Source: a virus
DNA: 64,000 nt
Strand: one strand, 5' to 3'
IMG/VR virus record: IMGVR_UViG_3300045988_135522
Part shown: piece by piece, positions 8,291 to 17,529 of the stretch
Numbering within the stretch: the stretch's first letter is position 1
How the letters are laid out: each line of letters opens with the position of its first letter
The notes under the pieces: generated by a model
What the model was told of the DNA's origin: nothing
Seen by the model: the letters and a program-made list of their open reading frames with translations, nothing else
Database searches by the model: none
Translations under genes and position numbers: made by a program

Positions 8291-8719
8291 ATGAAAAAGA
8301 ACAAGAACAACAAGGCTCAGAAACTGGAAAAGACTAATCTGGTCGAAGGCATCAACACTCTAATCGAGGAGAAGGCCGAAAAGGTGGAGAAATCCAAGGA
8401 AATCCTTAATGGGGAGGCCAAAGAGAAGAAGGTCAAGAAGACCAAGAAAGAAAAACTGGTTGATAAGACCAAGAAAAAGGTAGAAGCCAACCTCGTCGAG
8501 GAGGTAGTAACGAAACGGGAAGTCAAGTACATCTACCCCGCCGACTGCGAGGACACTCTTTCCAGGAAGAAGTTCCGACAGCAGGTCCGAAACAAGATTC
8601 ATCAGCTGGAGCTGGCCATGCTCCGAATCGAGAACCAGGATTCGAAGGAGTACAAGAAGGCCAAGAAGGAATACCTGGAGTACAAGAACCAATTCGTCAA
8701 GGAATCCGTTGCAATCTAA
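8291..8719 (+). CDS. Lys-rich protein
   Basis: 142 aa, K/E-rich. GC-rich codons. In-phase antisense ORF 8360-8776. YIYP...RKKFRQQVR motif at 8528-8590. Confidence 0.7.
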   Translation: MKKNKNNKAQKLEKTNLVEGINTLIEEKAEKVEKSKEILNGEAKEKKVKKTKKEKLVDKTKKKVEANLVEEVVTKREVKYIYPADCEDTLSRKKFRQQVRNKIHQLELAMLRIENQDSKEYKKAKKEYLEYKNQFVKESVAI

Positions 8720-8797
8720 TCTTTCATAGTAGGAGAGGGGCACAGGGCTAAGGCTCTGGCCCCTTAGTATAATCACCCTTTAATGATATGAAAGATT

Positions 8798-9097
8798 ATG
8801 GTTGTTGGCTTACCCGAGAAAGCAATTCAGAAAGTAGATAAAGAATTGTTAGAGTTGCACAAAGAAGTCCTTAGGTCATACCTAACGCAACGGAACCTTA
8901 AACATAGGCATCAGAAAAAATTCTTTAAGATATACGACCATTACATTTCGGAGAGGAATATAAGAAGATTCTTCTTCCGTCCTGCTAAGCTATTCGTATA
9001 TGCTTTAGTGACTGACCGATTGGATGACATCGAAGACTATGTACCATTAAAAGATAAGCACCATGTTTCCCGAAAGAGTAAAAAGCGTAACGCTTGA
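8798..9097 (+). CDS. hypothetical protein
   Basis: 99-aa ORF in the co-directional early array. Confidence 0.5.
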   Translation: MVVGLPEKAIQKVDKELLELHKEVLRSYLTQRNLKHRHQKKFFKIYDHYISERNIRRFFFRPAKLFVYALVTDRLDDIEDYVPLKDKHHVSRKSKKRNA

Positions 9098-9479
9098 TAA
9101 ATCCAAAATAACCTACTACCTTCAATCTCAGGAAGGGGTACAATCCCAAGAAGAATACCCTATTAATCCTGAATTATATCAGGTAGAGGATTTGGCATTC
9201 GATTGCGGAATAAGGTCAAATCAGTATATCCCAGATTATGCCATAAAGGGGTATTTTAAGGTAGACGAAAATATGTTACATCCGGTATTTATCGAGAATA
9301 CTAATGGGCCTCACTTATTATATATTTCGGGAATGCCTCGAAATATTCCGATAAAGGAAAGGAATAAGTTTAGGTTTCCTAACCCAGTTTGGTTATCTTA
9401 TTGGGAAGATAGGTATATAGGCTACCTTTTCCAAGTGGTAACTAGAGAATCAGCATTAAAACACGTAATAAATCTATAA
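9063..9479 (+). CDS. hypothetical protein
   Basis: 138-aa ORF. The only in-frame ATG overlaps the upstream gene by 35 nt. Confidence 0.5.
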   Translation: MFPERVKSVTLDKSKITYYLQSQEGVQSQEEYPINPELYQVEDLAFDCGIRSNQYIPDYAIKGYFKVDENMLHPVFIENTNGPHLLYISGMPRNIPIKERNKFRFPNPVWLSYWEDRYIGYLFQVVTRESALKHVINL

Positions 9480-9499
9480 CCCGTAAATAATAAGACACT

Positions 9500-10009
9500 A
9501 TGAAAACTGCCGAGTATGTAAAACAGTTCAAATTGGACAAACCCAATTACAATTTTAACCGAGAAAAATTCATGGAGGCCTTTGGCCAAGAATTTAAGGA
9601 CCGAATTGAGGCAATGATAACGGCATGTAAAAAGATGCAGGTGCAGTTCACTTACGAGAAGTTCTTGCATGCCGTCAAAGAGCAACAGGATAAATTCTGG
9701 AATATATCCAAGAAAAAACTGGGAGAGCCCTTTTCGGATAAATTATTCTCAGCCTTTTTTGCCCTACACGTAATACCCTTAAGGGCAACTCTTTTCCCTA
9801 ACATTCATGCAGAGTTGGAAGAGAAACGTAAACAGGCCCTTGAAAGAGAAGCTAAATTTAGGGCCGAAGAAGAAGAACGGCAAAGGGAGGCAAAGGAAAG
9901 GGAGAAAAGGGCAAGGCCTTTATTAAATGCCATAATTGCCTACGGAGTTGCCCAAAAAATGGCAAAGGAGGGCAAGGTAAAGGCTACTAAAGCAAAGGGA
10001 AAAAGATAA
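9500..10009 (+). CDS. hypothetical protein with charged coiled-coil-like C-terminus
   Basis: 169 aa. C-terminal EEKRKQALEREAKFRAEEEERQREAKEREKRA tract. Confidence 0.6.
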   Translation: MKTAEYVKQFKLDKPNYNFNREKFMEAFGQEFKDRIEAMITACKKMQVQFTYEKFLHAVKEQQDKFWNISKKKLGEPFSDKLFSAFFALHVIPLRATLFPNIHAELEEKRKQALEREAKFRAEEEERQREAKEREKRARPLLNAIIAYGVAQKMAKEGKVKATKAKGKR

Positions 10010-10047
10010 ATCCTAATAATACAAGACTCTAAAGTTACTAAGATTTT

Positions 10048-10308
10048 ATGAGGACATTTTTAACCTTGGCTGTTATGATAACGGATAATATTCTGACATC
10101 ATACAAGGCAGCCGGAGAAGAAGAGGTAAATCTGAGCTATGAGTATAGATTAAATTCAGTTACTATAGAGGTAATTTACCCCAAACATGTAGACCAGCTA
10201 TATTTAGGGCTTTTGACACTGAGTAACCAGCTTAAGTTCGAAAATCAAGTAAATGAATTTCAACTGTCAATAAGCTCATCAAAATTGAAGGTAAGCCTAT
10301 TCAGGTGA
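10048..10308 (+). CDS. hypothetical protein
   Basis: 86-aa ORF followed by terminator 10341-10369. Confidence 0.45.
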   Translation: MRTFLTLAVMITDNILTSYKAAGEEEVNLSYEYRLNSVTIEVIYPKHVDQLYLGLLTLSNQLKFENQVNEFQLSISSSKLKVSLFR

Positions 10309-10340
10309 TCCAGCAACCTGACTATCAAAGAGTTAGTTCA

Positions 10341-10369
10341 AAAGGCCCTTGCCACAACAGGGCCTTTTT
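10341..10369 (+). terminator. hairpin terminator
   Basis: AAAGGCCC(10341-10348)/GGGCCTTT(10360-10367) followed by a T-run. Confidence 0.6.
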
Positions 10370-10414
10370 ATATATTTTATCAGGATTAACTATTAGATAC
10401 CAAAATCAACCATT

Positions 10415-11263
10415 ATGAAAGAATCAAAGATAGTTCCACGATTCCCAAGGGGGTTAGGGATAACCCAATTAGCCATACAGGCTAATGCTGGAGATGATGA
10501 AGCTCTCAAGAATTTGACCAAGTTCATTGTCCATACCTGGATAGTAAACAATGGGAGATTGTGGGCAAGGGTTTATTCAGTAAATGAGCTCTCAGATTTT
10601 CTAAAATGTGAACCGTCAATTATTCAGATGCAGATGAAACAAACGTTTCTAGACAACGGCCTATTTGACCGTAATAAGATGGATGAAATTGCTGATTCTC
10701 TGATGGGGGCTTGCATAGGCTGGGCACTTGAGGACCGTATGGAAATAAGTCAACAGGTTCAAATACTTCGGGATTCTCAAGGTGGAAGATATGCTCCATT
10801 TATAACTGCAGAAGTCAATAAAGCCATAGGATTAAAGCAGCAATCTACAACTTCTCTTCAGAGTTTGGTACGGGCAGTATCTGGTGGCGGTACTGTAAAT
10901 ATCTTCAACCAACAGAACAATCAATTCAACAATACTGGTGAGTCTGAACCAGTACTAACCCGTGATATAGCCATGTCTATGATTCAAAAAGAGCTTGCTG
11001 ACAAGGGTGGTATAAAAGAGATAGAATATGTAGAAAATCAGTATGACTTTAAAGAATTACCAGTTGTTGTTGCAACAAAACAAGAGGGTAATAGAGGAGA
11101 TAAAGAGGGCTTAACTCTCAAGAAGGCCGAATTGGATAGCGTAACAGGAGACTACCATGGTGCCTTAAAAGTCTTTGAAGAAGACCATCATCAAATCCGA
11201 CGAGAAATAGAAGAGGGGATAGACTACGAAGAAATCGACCCAGAACTCGAGGATAACCATTGA
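10415..11263 (+). CDS. hypothetical protein
   Basis: 282-aa ORF, the largest early gene. No family recognised. Confidence 0.65.
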   Translation: MKESKIVPRFPRGLGITQLAIQANAGDDEALKNLTKFIVHTWIVNNGRLWARVYSVNELSDFLKCEPSIIQMQMKQTFLDNGLFDRNKMDEIADSLMGACIGWALEDRMEISQQVQILRDSQGGRYAPFITAEVNKAIGLKQQSTTSLQSLVRAVSGGGTVNIFNQQNNQFNNTGESEPVLTRDIAMSMIQKELADKGGIKEIEYVENQYDFKELPVVVATKQEGNRGDKEGLTLKKAELDSVTGDYHGALKVFEEDHHQIRREIEEGIDYEEIDPELEDNH

Positions 11264-11269
11264 TTTTTA

Positions 11270-11301
11270 TTTGCAAAATTAGATTTAATTTCTTATATTT
11301 G
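11270..11301 (+). promoter_or_regulatory. Bacteroidota-type promoter
   Basis: TTTG 11270-11273, 20-nt spacer, TATATTTG 11294-11301, 23 nt before ATG 11324. Confidence 0.65.
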
Positions 11302-11323
11302 TATAAACAAAAATTAAAAGGTT

Positions 11324-11572
11324 ATGGACTTAATAATTAAAGCTCGGGAGGTTACAGTTAATATAACTGTACAAGGGTTTCTCAAAGTAGTTTCGGCCAA
11401 TGAGAAAGAGATAAGATTCTATATTTCAGGAGAGGATAATATCAGGGAAGCTTCTAAACAACTGTCCGACCACAATATCTGGCATAACCCATACCCTCAT
11501 TACTTGGGTATACCCTTTACAGCGGGGAGTTTAGAGCCTGGATACAAAGCAGAAGTTCAATTCAATCTATAA
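11324..11572 (+). CDS. hypothetical protein
   Basis: 82-aa ORF behind promoter 11270-11301. Confidence 0.55.
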   Translation: MDLIIKAREVTVNITVQGFLKVVSANEKEIRFYISGEDNIREASKQLSDHNIWHNPYPHYLGIPFTAGSLEPGYKAEVQFNL

Positions 11573-11586
11573 CACAAACACCTACT

Positions 11587-12099
11587 ATGAAAGAAATTCT
11601 AAATGCTAATCAAGTGGTAGCCAGAGTCAATCAACTTATCAATAATGGTAAGAAAATTAAGGTATTTGGCTTACCTTACCCACCTTATAAGGAAGACATT
11701 GTCTTTACCGATGAAAAAGTCGATCGACAGGGTTGGTTATGCACTAATAGCAAAGTAACTCTATCCGCGTCAGCCTGTGCAACTAAAATAAAGATACATA
11801 CTATCACAGGTTGGTGCAATCTATTCCAGTATGTAGAGAATGGTAAATATGTAGATACCATATCAGAAGATGGACAATATATCGATATGCAAGTCATGGA
11901 TGATATTTGTCCCGGAATGCTATTAGGAGTAGCCCATGCAGATACTCATACAAATATCGGTATGATTCTCAATGTAGAGGATGATGAAGCAAACAACGTG
12001 AGGGCTATAACTATAGCCGGACCAGACTTTATGGAGAAGACTCATTATCTTCCTATGAACGAAGCTACTAATTACTTTGTATTCGACAAAATCATGTAA
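11587..12099 (+). CDS. hypothetical protein
   Basis: 170-aa ORF. No family recognised. Confidence 0.6.
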   Translation: MKEILNANQVVARVNQLINNGKKIKVFGLPYPPYKEDIVFTDEKVDRQGWLCTNSKVTLSASACATKIKIHTITGWCNLFQYVENGKYVDTISEDGQYIDMQVMDDICPGMLLGVAHADTHTNIGMILNVEDDEANNVRAITIAGPDFMEKTHYLPMNEATNYFVFDKIM

Positions 12100-12118
12100 C
12101 GTTAACCTTTTTATAACT

Positions 12119-12469
12119 ATGCACATTAATAAGAAAATAGACCTTTTAATTCGGGCAAGCAGACTTTACTGCCACTCAATGTACCAAACGTACGACCCGA
12201 AGTATTACCCCACTATCAAAGGTATAGTACTTAACTTTACTAATAAATTGTTCGGTACAAAACCAGTGGAGAACAAAGTACGGATAGATATTATAAGCCT
12301 ATTCAGTGATGATATCAAAGACAGACCCGGGTGGAAAGTATATTCCGGTATATGTATCCTCGTAGAGTTCCCAGATACTTCAGCCCTGGAATACGAGCTG
12401 TTCAAACATCCCATCATACCAGAAGGAGATATCTATTACAAACCGGTTCTCATACCAGCTAAGGCCTAA
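12119..12469 (+). CDS. hypothetical protein
   Basis: ATG 12119 is the first ATG after the upstream stop. The tracked start at 12077 was trimmed. Confidence 0.5.
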   Translation: MHINKKIDLLIRASRLYCHSMYQTYDPKYYPTIKGIVLNFTNKLFGTKPVENKVRIDIISLFSDDIKDRPGWKVYSGICILVEFPDTSALEYELFKHPIIPEGDIYYKPVLIPAKA

Positions 12470-12485
12470 TAAATAAAGGACCATT

Positions 12486-12511
12486 AGACCTCTTATCTAG
12501 AGGTCTTTTTT
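12486..12511 (+). terminator. hairpin terminator
   Basis: AGACCTCT(12486-12493)/AGAGGTCT(12499-12506) followed by TTTTT. Confidence 0.65.
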
Positions 12512-12591
12512 GTTTTACTAATAAAACTAGACCTAAATGGGAACTAAAGTTTCTAGAATCTATCCCCACCTATAGATACCGGGAAGTTTTA

Positions 12592-12623
12592 TTTGCATAT
12601 ATAATATATTATATCTATATTTG
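12592..12623 (+). promoter_or_regulatory. Bacteroidota-type promoter
   Basis: TTTG 12592-12595, 20-nt spacer, TATATTTG 12616-12623, 39 nt before ATG 12662. Confidence 0.65.
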
Positions 12624-12661
12624 TATAAAGAAATAAAATAAACCCTAAAATAATTTAGAGT

Positions 12662-12865
12662 ATGGAAAAGAAAACAATTAAGGACCTGAAAAGGGGAGAA
12701 TACTTTACCCTTAGTTCAATCGAAGAGCCTCAGGAATCTCAGGTATGGGTCCGAGGAGAATATATACCTGAAGCAAAAGCCTACAGTACCTATAAATGGG
12801 CAGATACCAATCATGAAGTACTCCGTAAAGGTAACAAGGAAGTTTACATTGGTTTCACCTTCTAA
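12662..12865 (+). CDS. hypothetical small protein
   Basis: 67-aa ORF behind promoter 12592-12623. Confidence 0.55.
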   Translation: MEKKTIKDLKRGEYFTLSSIEEPQESQVWVRGEYIPEAKAYSTYKWADTNHEVLRKGNKEVYIGFTF

Positions 12866-12876
12866 CTATCAAAAAT

Positions 12877-13107
12877 ATGTCACAGAAAAGATATAAACTG
12901 ATTATCTGGTTCTACTTAAAGAATCACCATCAATACAAAACTATCCATGCAGCTCATGACATGGAAGTGGAACTCACTCGAAAGGTTGATATAGCCAAAT
13001 GGGTAGACGAAACCGATGAGAGTATTGCTAAGGCATACTTAATTGACCGGGTAAAAGATACCCGGGAAACAATAATAGAAAGAACTATCGACCAAACGAT
13101 ATACTAA
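12877..13107 (+). CDS. hypothetical protein
   Basis: 76-aa ORF. Confidence 0.5.
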   Translation: MSQKRYKLIIWFYLKNHHQYKTIHAAHDMEVELTRKVDIAKWVDETDESIAKAYLIDRVKDTRETIIERTIDQTIY

Positions 13108-13119
13108 AACTTTAATCAC

Positions 13120-13355
13120 ATGGGATATAACAGTACTTACACCGTCGAAGACCTGATAGGAACTTTATCAGAAATGGACCCTCAGGCACCAGTAATGGTC
13201 GCAGTTCAGCCTATATGGCCTTTGAACATACTATCACCGGGGTAGTAATCGATTGCAACGGTATAGTATACCTTGCATCCAAACAACATGGATATTTACC
13301 TCAGGAGGCTAAAGATGCCTTCGAAAACTATGGTATACCATTCTCGGACCTATGA
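13120..13355 (+). CDS. small protein split over two frames (frameshift, indel or two overlapping genes)
   Basis: ATG 13120 reads MGYNSTYTVEDLIGTLSEMDPQAPVMVAVQPIWP and stops at 13243-13245. The -1 frame continues from about 13221 as FEHTITGVVIDCNGIVYLASKQHGYLPQEAKDAFENYGIPFSDL to TGA 13353-13355. Neither piece appears in the >=60-aa ORF track. Confidence 0.35.
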
Positions 13356-13361
13356 TTTTTA

Positions 13362-13393
13362 TTTGCAAATATAAATTTAATTCATTATATTTG
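13362..13393 (+). promoter_or_regulatory. Bacteroidota-type promoter
   Basis: TTTG 13362-13365, 20-nt spacer, TATATTTG 13386-13393, 30 nt before ATG 13423. Confidence 0.65.
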
Positions 13394-13422
13394 TAATAAG
13401 AAAAGGATAAAACCCTAATATT

Positions 13423-13791
13423 ATGAAAGATTATAAAAAGGTTATGCTTACTGGTCTCAAGGAGTCCTACAAGTTAGGGAAGATTTATGAGGAAGAGGTT
13501 GATTGCATCAAGGAAGCAATCCAAGACACTTACCTTGGAATGGTAGAAGAGTTAGATTCCCGACTGGGGTTGGAACTCTACGATTATAAAGTAGAGATTA
13601 AATATGACCAGGACCGGATTCCTCAGTCATATAAGCATACACTCCTGGTCAAGTTCAATGAAATGGAGGGAGCAGTCAAAATGAGTTTCCGAGGAGCAAT
13701 GACTCAAATAAAGGAGATTCTCTCTACCGGGGATGATGAAGTACTGGTAGGGAGCTGTAACCTGGGATTAGTAATAACCATCAGGGCATGA
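13423..13791 (+). CDS. hypothetical protein
   Basis: 122-aa ORF behind promoter 13362-13393. Confidence 0.6.
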   Translation: MKDYKKVMLTGLKESYKLGKIYEEEVDCIKEAIQDTYLGMVEELDSRLGLELYDYKVEIKYDQDRIPQSYKHTLLVKFNEMEGAVKMSFRGAMTQIKEILSTGDDEVLVGSCNLGLVITIRA

Positions 13792-13976
13792 GTTCAATCA
13801 ACAAAATATGTAGAGAATACAACTGGGTATGTAAACATATCAAAGGGCCTCTCTATAGAATAAAGATGCAGGAGTTATATATTGAAGTCAACAAAGCAAT
13901 GAAGGACCCAGGTTTAACTCCTGAACAAAAGTTAAAACTAATAGGTATCAGGGATATCATAAAGTCAAAGCTATGA
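13788..13976 (+). CDS. hypothetical protein
   Basis: 62 aa. ATGA overlap with the upstream gene. Confidence 0.5.
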   Translation: MSSINKICREYNWVCKHIKGPLYRIKMQELYIEVNKAMKDPGLTPEQKLKLIGIRDIIKSKL

Positions 13977-14215
13977 AAATGTTTGAATTGATTCCGTACA
14001 TACTGGAGTTAGACCCAGAGGAAGAAGTTAGGTTATTAGAGAACTTAGAACCCAACCAAGATGGTCTCATTAAAACCATAGATCTGACTCCGAGCATAAT
14101 GTTCAACAAGCTAACTGGAGAAAGGGTTCTAGCCCTGATAAAATCAGATCAATTGGAGAAAGCTGTTAAAAATGGCATAATTATACCACAAACCTTTAAA
14201 GATCAATTGTCATGA
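13973..14215 (+). CDS. hypothetical protein
   Basis: 80 aa. ATGA overlap with the upstream gene. Confidence 0.5.
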   Translation: MKMFELIPYILELDPEEEVRLLENLEPNQDGLIKTIDLTPSIMFNKLTGERVLALIKSDQLEKAVKNGIIIPQTFKDQLS

Positions 14216-14565
14216 ATGAAAACAACAACCAGTCGGTATTCCCGATTATCGTAACTGTACTTATCATTGCAGGATTGATAGCTGCAGTAGCCTATGATTG
14301 GCATTACAGAACCCATCGACATCCCAAGAATCCCATGGAGGACATCATCCAAGTCACCAAACCTGTACTAAGGGTCAACGGAGACGGGAGCTACTACATC
14401 TCCAATGAAACCCAATACTACAGGGTGAAAACTGAACAAGAGGCAGAAGCTCTCAAGGAAAGCCTTCAAAAGAAAAGAGAAGATCTTGAAAAACAGGTTC
14501 AACAACAGCAAAATCTCAACATAAACCATAATATCCATATCACGGTAGAGGATGACACTTGGTAA
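14212..14565 (+). CDS. hypothetical protein with N-terminal TM segment
   Basis: 117 aa. VFPIIVTVLIIAGLIAAVAY hydrophobic helix. ATGA overlap with the upstream gene. Confidence 0.55.
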   Translation: MNENNNQSVFPIIVTVLIIAGLIAAVAYDWHYRTHRHPKNPMEDIIQVTKPVLRVNGDGSYYISNETQYYRVKTEQEAEALKESLQKKREDLEKQVQQQQNLNINHNIHITVEDDTW

Positions 14566-14581
14566 AGGCCATCAATATTTA

Positions 14582-14613
14582 TTTGCAAATATAAATTAAA
14601 ATCGTTATATTTG
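14582..14613 (+). promoter_or_regulatory. Bacteroidota-type promoter
   Basis: TTTG 14582-14585, 20-nt spacer, TATATTTG 14606-14613, 38 nt before ATG 14651. Confidence 0.65.
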
Positions 14614-14650
14614 TATAAAGAAAAAAGAATAATATAAAACATTCAAAGCC

Positions 14651-15001
14651 ATGAAAAAGAGTCCCGATCTCCACCTCTTCCTCCTCAAAAAAGTCCATGG
14701 ATGGTGCAAAAGGAATAACCTGACAAATTACGAAATGTATTTCCAATGCACATTCAGAGAATTTCTCCGGAGATATGGTATGCTCCTCACTAAGATAGAG
14801 ACCAGAAACAATCAGTATGGTGGTCATCATACTTTCACCTTCACACCGGCTCCGGGTACGGAAATATTTGGTGGTACAAATACAGAACTGAAATCAGTAT
14901 TCGATATTTACGAGTCTCTGGATTATTTCCAATACGAGGATATAACAGTAATCCGTAATCACGGAGGTATCATCTCTATCCGCTGCTACTACCCAATCTA
15001 G
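14651..15001 (+). CDS. hypothetical protein
   Basis: 116-aa ORF behind promoter 14582-14613. Confidence 0.55.
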   Translation: MKKSPDLHLFLLKKVHGWCKRNNLTNYEMYFQCTFREFLRRYGMLLTKIETRNNQYGGHHTFTFTPAPGTEIFGGTNTELKSVFDIYESLDYFQYEDITVIRNHGGIISIRCYYPI

Positions 15002-15021
15002 TAACTTAAAGATAGCTGGAT

Positions 15022-15123
15022 ATGAAAACACTTAAGTTATTATTACAGGCATTACTGGAATGGGTCATCCTGGTAGCTGTAATACTGATAGTTTCTTGGC
15101 TAATCATCCAAATAAAATACTAA
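15022..15123 (+). CDS. possible 33-aa single-pass membrane peptide
   Basis: My own translation gives MKTLKLLLQALLEWVILVAVILIVSWLIIQIKY. It fills the gap between 15001 and 15127. Too short for the ORF track. Confidence 0.3.
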   Translation: MKTLKLLLQALLEWVILVAVILIVSWLIIQIKY

Positions 15124-15126
15124 ACC

Positions 15127-15429
15127 ATGAAAAATCAGGACTCTAAAATAACCGATACACTGCCTTTCAAACAAGATGAATATACCAGGGATGTAGAGGA
15201 ATATATGAAATCTCCAACGGAAGACTTATTCTACAAATTGCGTAAATATCGCAAACAATGTATAGAATATCTTAAGAGACATCCAGATGATTTTAACATG
15301 CAGACAAACCTGATAGACTTAAACTACTTGGGTATATTCAAAAGCAAACCACCAGTCCAAGAGACAAAACCTCAAAACATCCAGGAAGTCGTAGGGGAAA
15401 ACTGGGTAGATGATGCTTATTACTTATAA
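15127..15429 (+). CDS. hypothetical protein
   Basis: 100-aa ORF. Confidence 0.55.
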   Translation: MKNQDSKITDTLPFKQDEYTRDVEEYMKSPTEDLFYKLRKYRKQCIEYLKRHPDDFNMQTNLIDLNYLGIFKSKPPVQETKPQNIQEVVGENWVDDAYYL

Positions 15430-15441
15430 TCCATCCAGGTT

Positions 15442-15720
15442 ATGAAATGCACTGAATCCAGAGAGTTAAGGAATCTCTCAATGAATCAACTCAATGCAAA
15501 GTTATCTGAACTCTACAAGGAATTACCATCTCGTAAATGGGCATTCGAAAGAGGATACAGACAACATATCCTTAATCTCATCAACCAAATCAAACACGAA
15601 CAAACCCTGAGAAGAAAAGGATTAAGGACACAGGGAGTATGGATAACTACATCCAGTACTCAAACCGGAAGGTTCAGATCAGGATATTCTACATCTAACG
15701 TACCAAAACAAATAAAATAA
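15442..15720 (+). CDS. hypothetical protein
   Basis: 92-aa ORF. Confidence 0.5.
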   Translation: MKCTESRELRNLSMNQLNAKLSELYKELPSRKWAFERGYRQHILNLINQIKHEQTLRRKGLRTQGVWITTSSTQTGRFRSGYSTSNVPKQIK

Positions 15721-15721
15721 C

Positions 15722-15901
15722 ATGGACACCATCACTAAAGAACTCTTCGACAAATACCTCAAACTCCAAAGGTCAGGAATCATGAATATGACTGATATAG
15801 AACGGGGAGCCAGAATCCTAAGGTGTACCCATGATGAATATGAGACCATCCTATGGAATTACACTACCCTCAAAAATAAGTTCTACCCCAAACACCAATA
15901 A
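15722..15901 (+). CDS. hypothetical 59-aa protein
   Basis: My own translation gives MDTITKELFDKYLKLQRSGIMNMTDIERGARILRCTHDEYETILWNYTTLKNKFYPKHQ. It fills the gap between two tracked ORFs. Confidence 0.45.
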   Translation: MDTITKELFDKYLKLQRSGIMNMTDIERGARILRCTHDEYETILWNYTTLKNKFYPKHQ

Positions 15902-15904
15902 ATT

Positions 15905-16090
15905 ATGGACATCACCAAAGAGGAATTAATTTCCTTAACACCCGTCGAAAAGATACAAACCTTAATAGCTATCATCGACACTCCGATAGGAAGGAAGAAG
16001 TACCCAAAGGATATCATCTTATTGGCTCAGTCCTTAAAGGATGACTTCCCATATAAACACCCTCATCAATCTATAACTCTAAATGACTAA
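15905..16090 (+). CDS. hypothetical protein
   Basis: 61-aa ORF. Confidence 0.45.
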   Translation: MDITKEELISLTPVEKIQTLIAIIDTPIGRKKYPKDIILLAQSLKDDFPYKHPHQSITLND

Positions 16091-16102
16091 CTCCATCTCA
16101 AC

Positions 16103-16255
16103 ATGAAACAAAGAAAACCAATTAAGGTCTCAAAAGAAAGGGCAATCATCATAGCCTCAAACCACAACAACATCCCAATCCAAAAGGCTAAGGAATATAC
16201 AGATTCCGAACTAAGGGAAGTATTAAGGCATCTGAACCTAAAGCCAGGCTTCTAA
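16103..16255 (+). CDS. possible 50-aa protein
   Basis: My own translation gives MKQRKPIKVSKERAIIIASNHNNIPIQKAKEYTDSELREVLRHLNLKPGF. Last plausible gene before the ORF-poor field. Confidence 0.35.
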   Translation: MKQRKPIKVSKERAIIIASNHNNIPIQKAKEYTDSELREVLRHLNLKPGF

Positions 16256-17184
16256 TACAACCCCAAACATGAAAAACATACCTAATAACTTCTCCAAGAG
16301 AATAAGATACTACATCTTCAGAATCATCCTTAAAAGGTATACCATAAAGGTATGTATCAATATCTATAAAACCAACCACCCCAAACACAAAAGAAATCAA
16401 TAACCCATAACATCATCCATAATATATAAGGGCGTATATAAATATCTATACTTATAATCATCAATCATATAAGGCTTTTAAGGTTGGCTTTTATCTTAGA
16501 GGCCTTTTATTTATGTGTTAGGTTAGGGCAAAAGTTAACAGGCAGTCGATGATAGGGTTCAGATATCGAAGAAGTCCAAGGGCCATAAAATCGGGGTGAG
16601 GAAAAAATTTTGGGTAGGGCAATCTTAAGGCCTCACTGTGTACCCTATGAGCTCTGGAGCTATCTTTGTTACTATACGTAGGAGCTAACCAGACTTAGGG
16701 CCCTAAGACCAAAAGAGAGCCCTAAAGGCAGCCTTTAAGGTACCCAAACCCTTACCTTAATCAAGTCTATATTATATAATCATAAGTCTCTTAAGGCAAG
16801 GTTAAGGCCAATAGCTAAGGCCTTTTCGATAAAGAGACTTATGGCCACTCTACTTGTCTATACATGAGAATAAATGAATAGCTTCATTGGTACACTTAGG
16901 TGCCTTTAAGGGCCTTAATCCTAATCCCTAAAGAATACAATCTATATTATATATATATATATGCGAGTCTTTTAGGGGATTTTGGAACAGGTGTCTAAAA
17001 TCGATATGCCAGGAATAGAGTATTGGAGATTTGATTTCTCAAGTTAAGGCACATTTAGGGTACCTTTTAAGGCCTTTTATGGTGGGTTAAGGTACCTTAA
17101 TATAGCCTTTATATTATATAAGGATTAGCTTTTAGTGGCCTTTAGGATTAAGGGCCCAAGGCCTAATGGGGCCCAGAATATTTA

Positions 17185-17216
17185 TTTGCATATATTATAT
17201 ATTATTCTTATATTTG
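17185..17216 (+). promoter_or_regulatory. Bacteroidota-type promoter
   Basis: TTTG 17185-17188, 20-nt spacer, TATATTTG 17209-17216, 43 nt before ATG 17259. Confidence 0.65.
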
Positions 17217-17258
17217 CATAAAGAAAGATAAATAATAAACCCAAAAACATTTAAGGCC

Positions 17259-17483
17259 ATGCTTAATTCTAAAGATTTTACCACTGCCCTGGAAATCATT
17301 TCCAAACACCATTCGACTGAATTGGCCATCAATACTCCTAAGGATAACTTCGGGGGATATATGGGTCAATCGGAATTCAGGTTGCATATTAAGAAATGTG
17401 TACCTTCTGTAATCAATAATCTGATTCGTGCAGGGTACATCCTTAATATGGGACCTGAAGGATTGGAGGTCGATAAGATTTAA
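17259..17483 (+). CDS. hypothetical protein
   Basis: 74-aa ORF with its own promoter (17185-17216) and terminator (17506-17529), embedded in the repeat field. Confidence 0.5.
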   Translation: MLNSKDFTTALEIISKHHSTELAINTPKDNFGGYMGQSEFRLHIKKCVPSVINNLIRAGYILNMGPEGLEVDKI

Positions 17484-17505
17484 CCTTCGTTTGCTTTCAA
17501 GGTTG

Positions 17506-17529
17506 GGCCCCGCTTTTAGGGGCCTTTTT
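17506..17529 (+). terminator. hairpin terminator
   Basis: GGCCCC(17506-17511)/GGGGCC(17519-17524) followed by TTTTT. Confidence 0.6.

Noticed and set aside
16188-16400. 70-aa minus-strand ORF and an overlapping 44-aa plus-strand ORF (16269-16403) at the edge of the repeat field.
   Set aside because: The minus-strand ORF opposes all surrounding transcription and has no promoter-like element. The plus-strand ORF is short and compositionally basic junk-like. Neither has support beyond being open.
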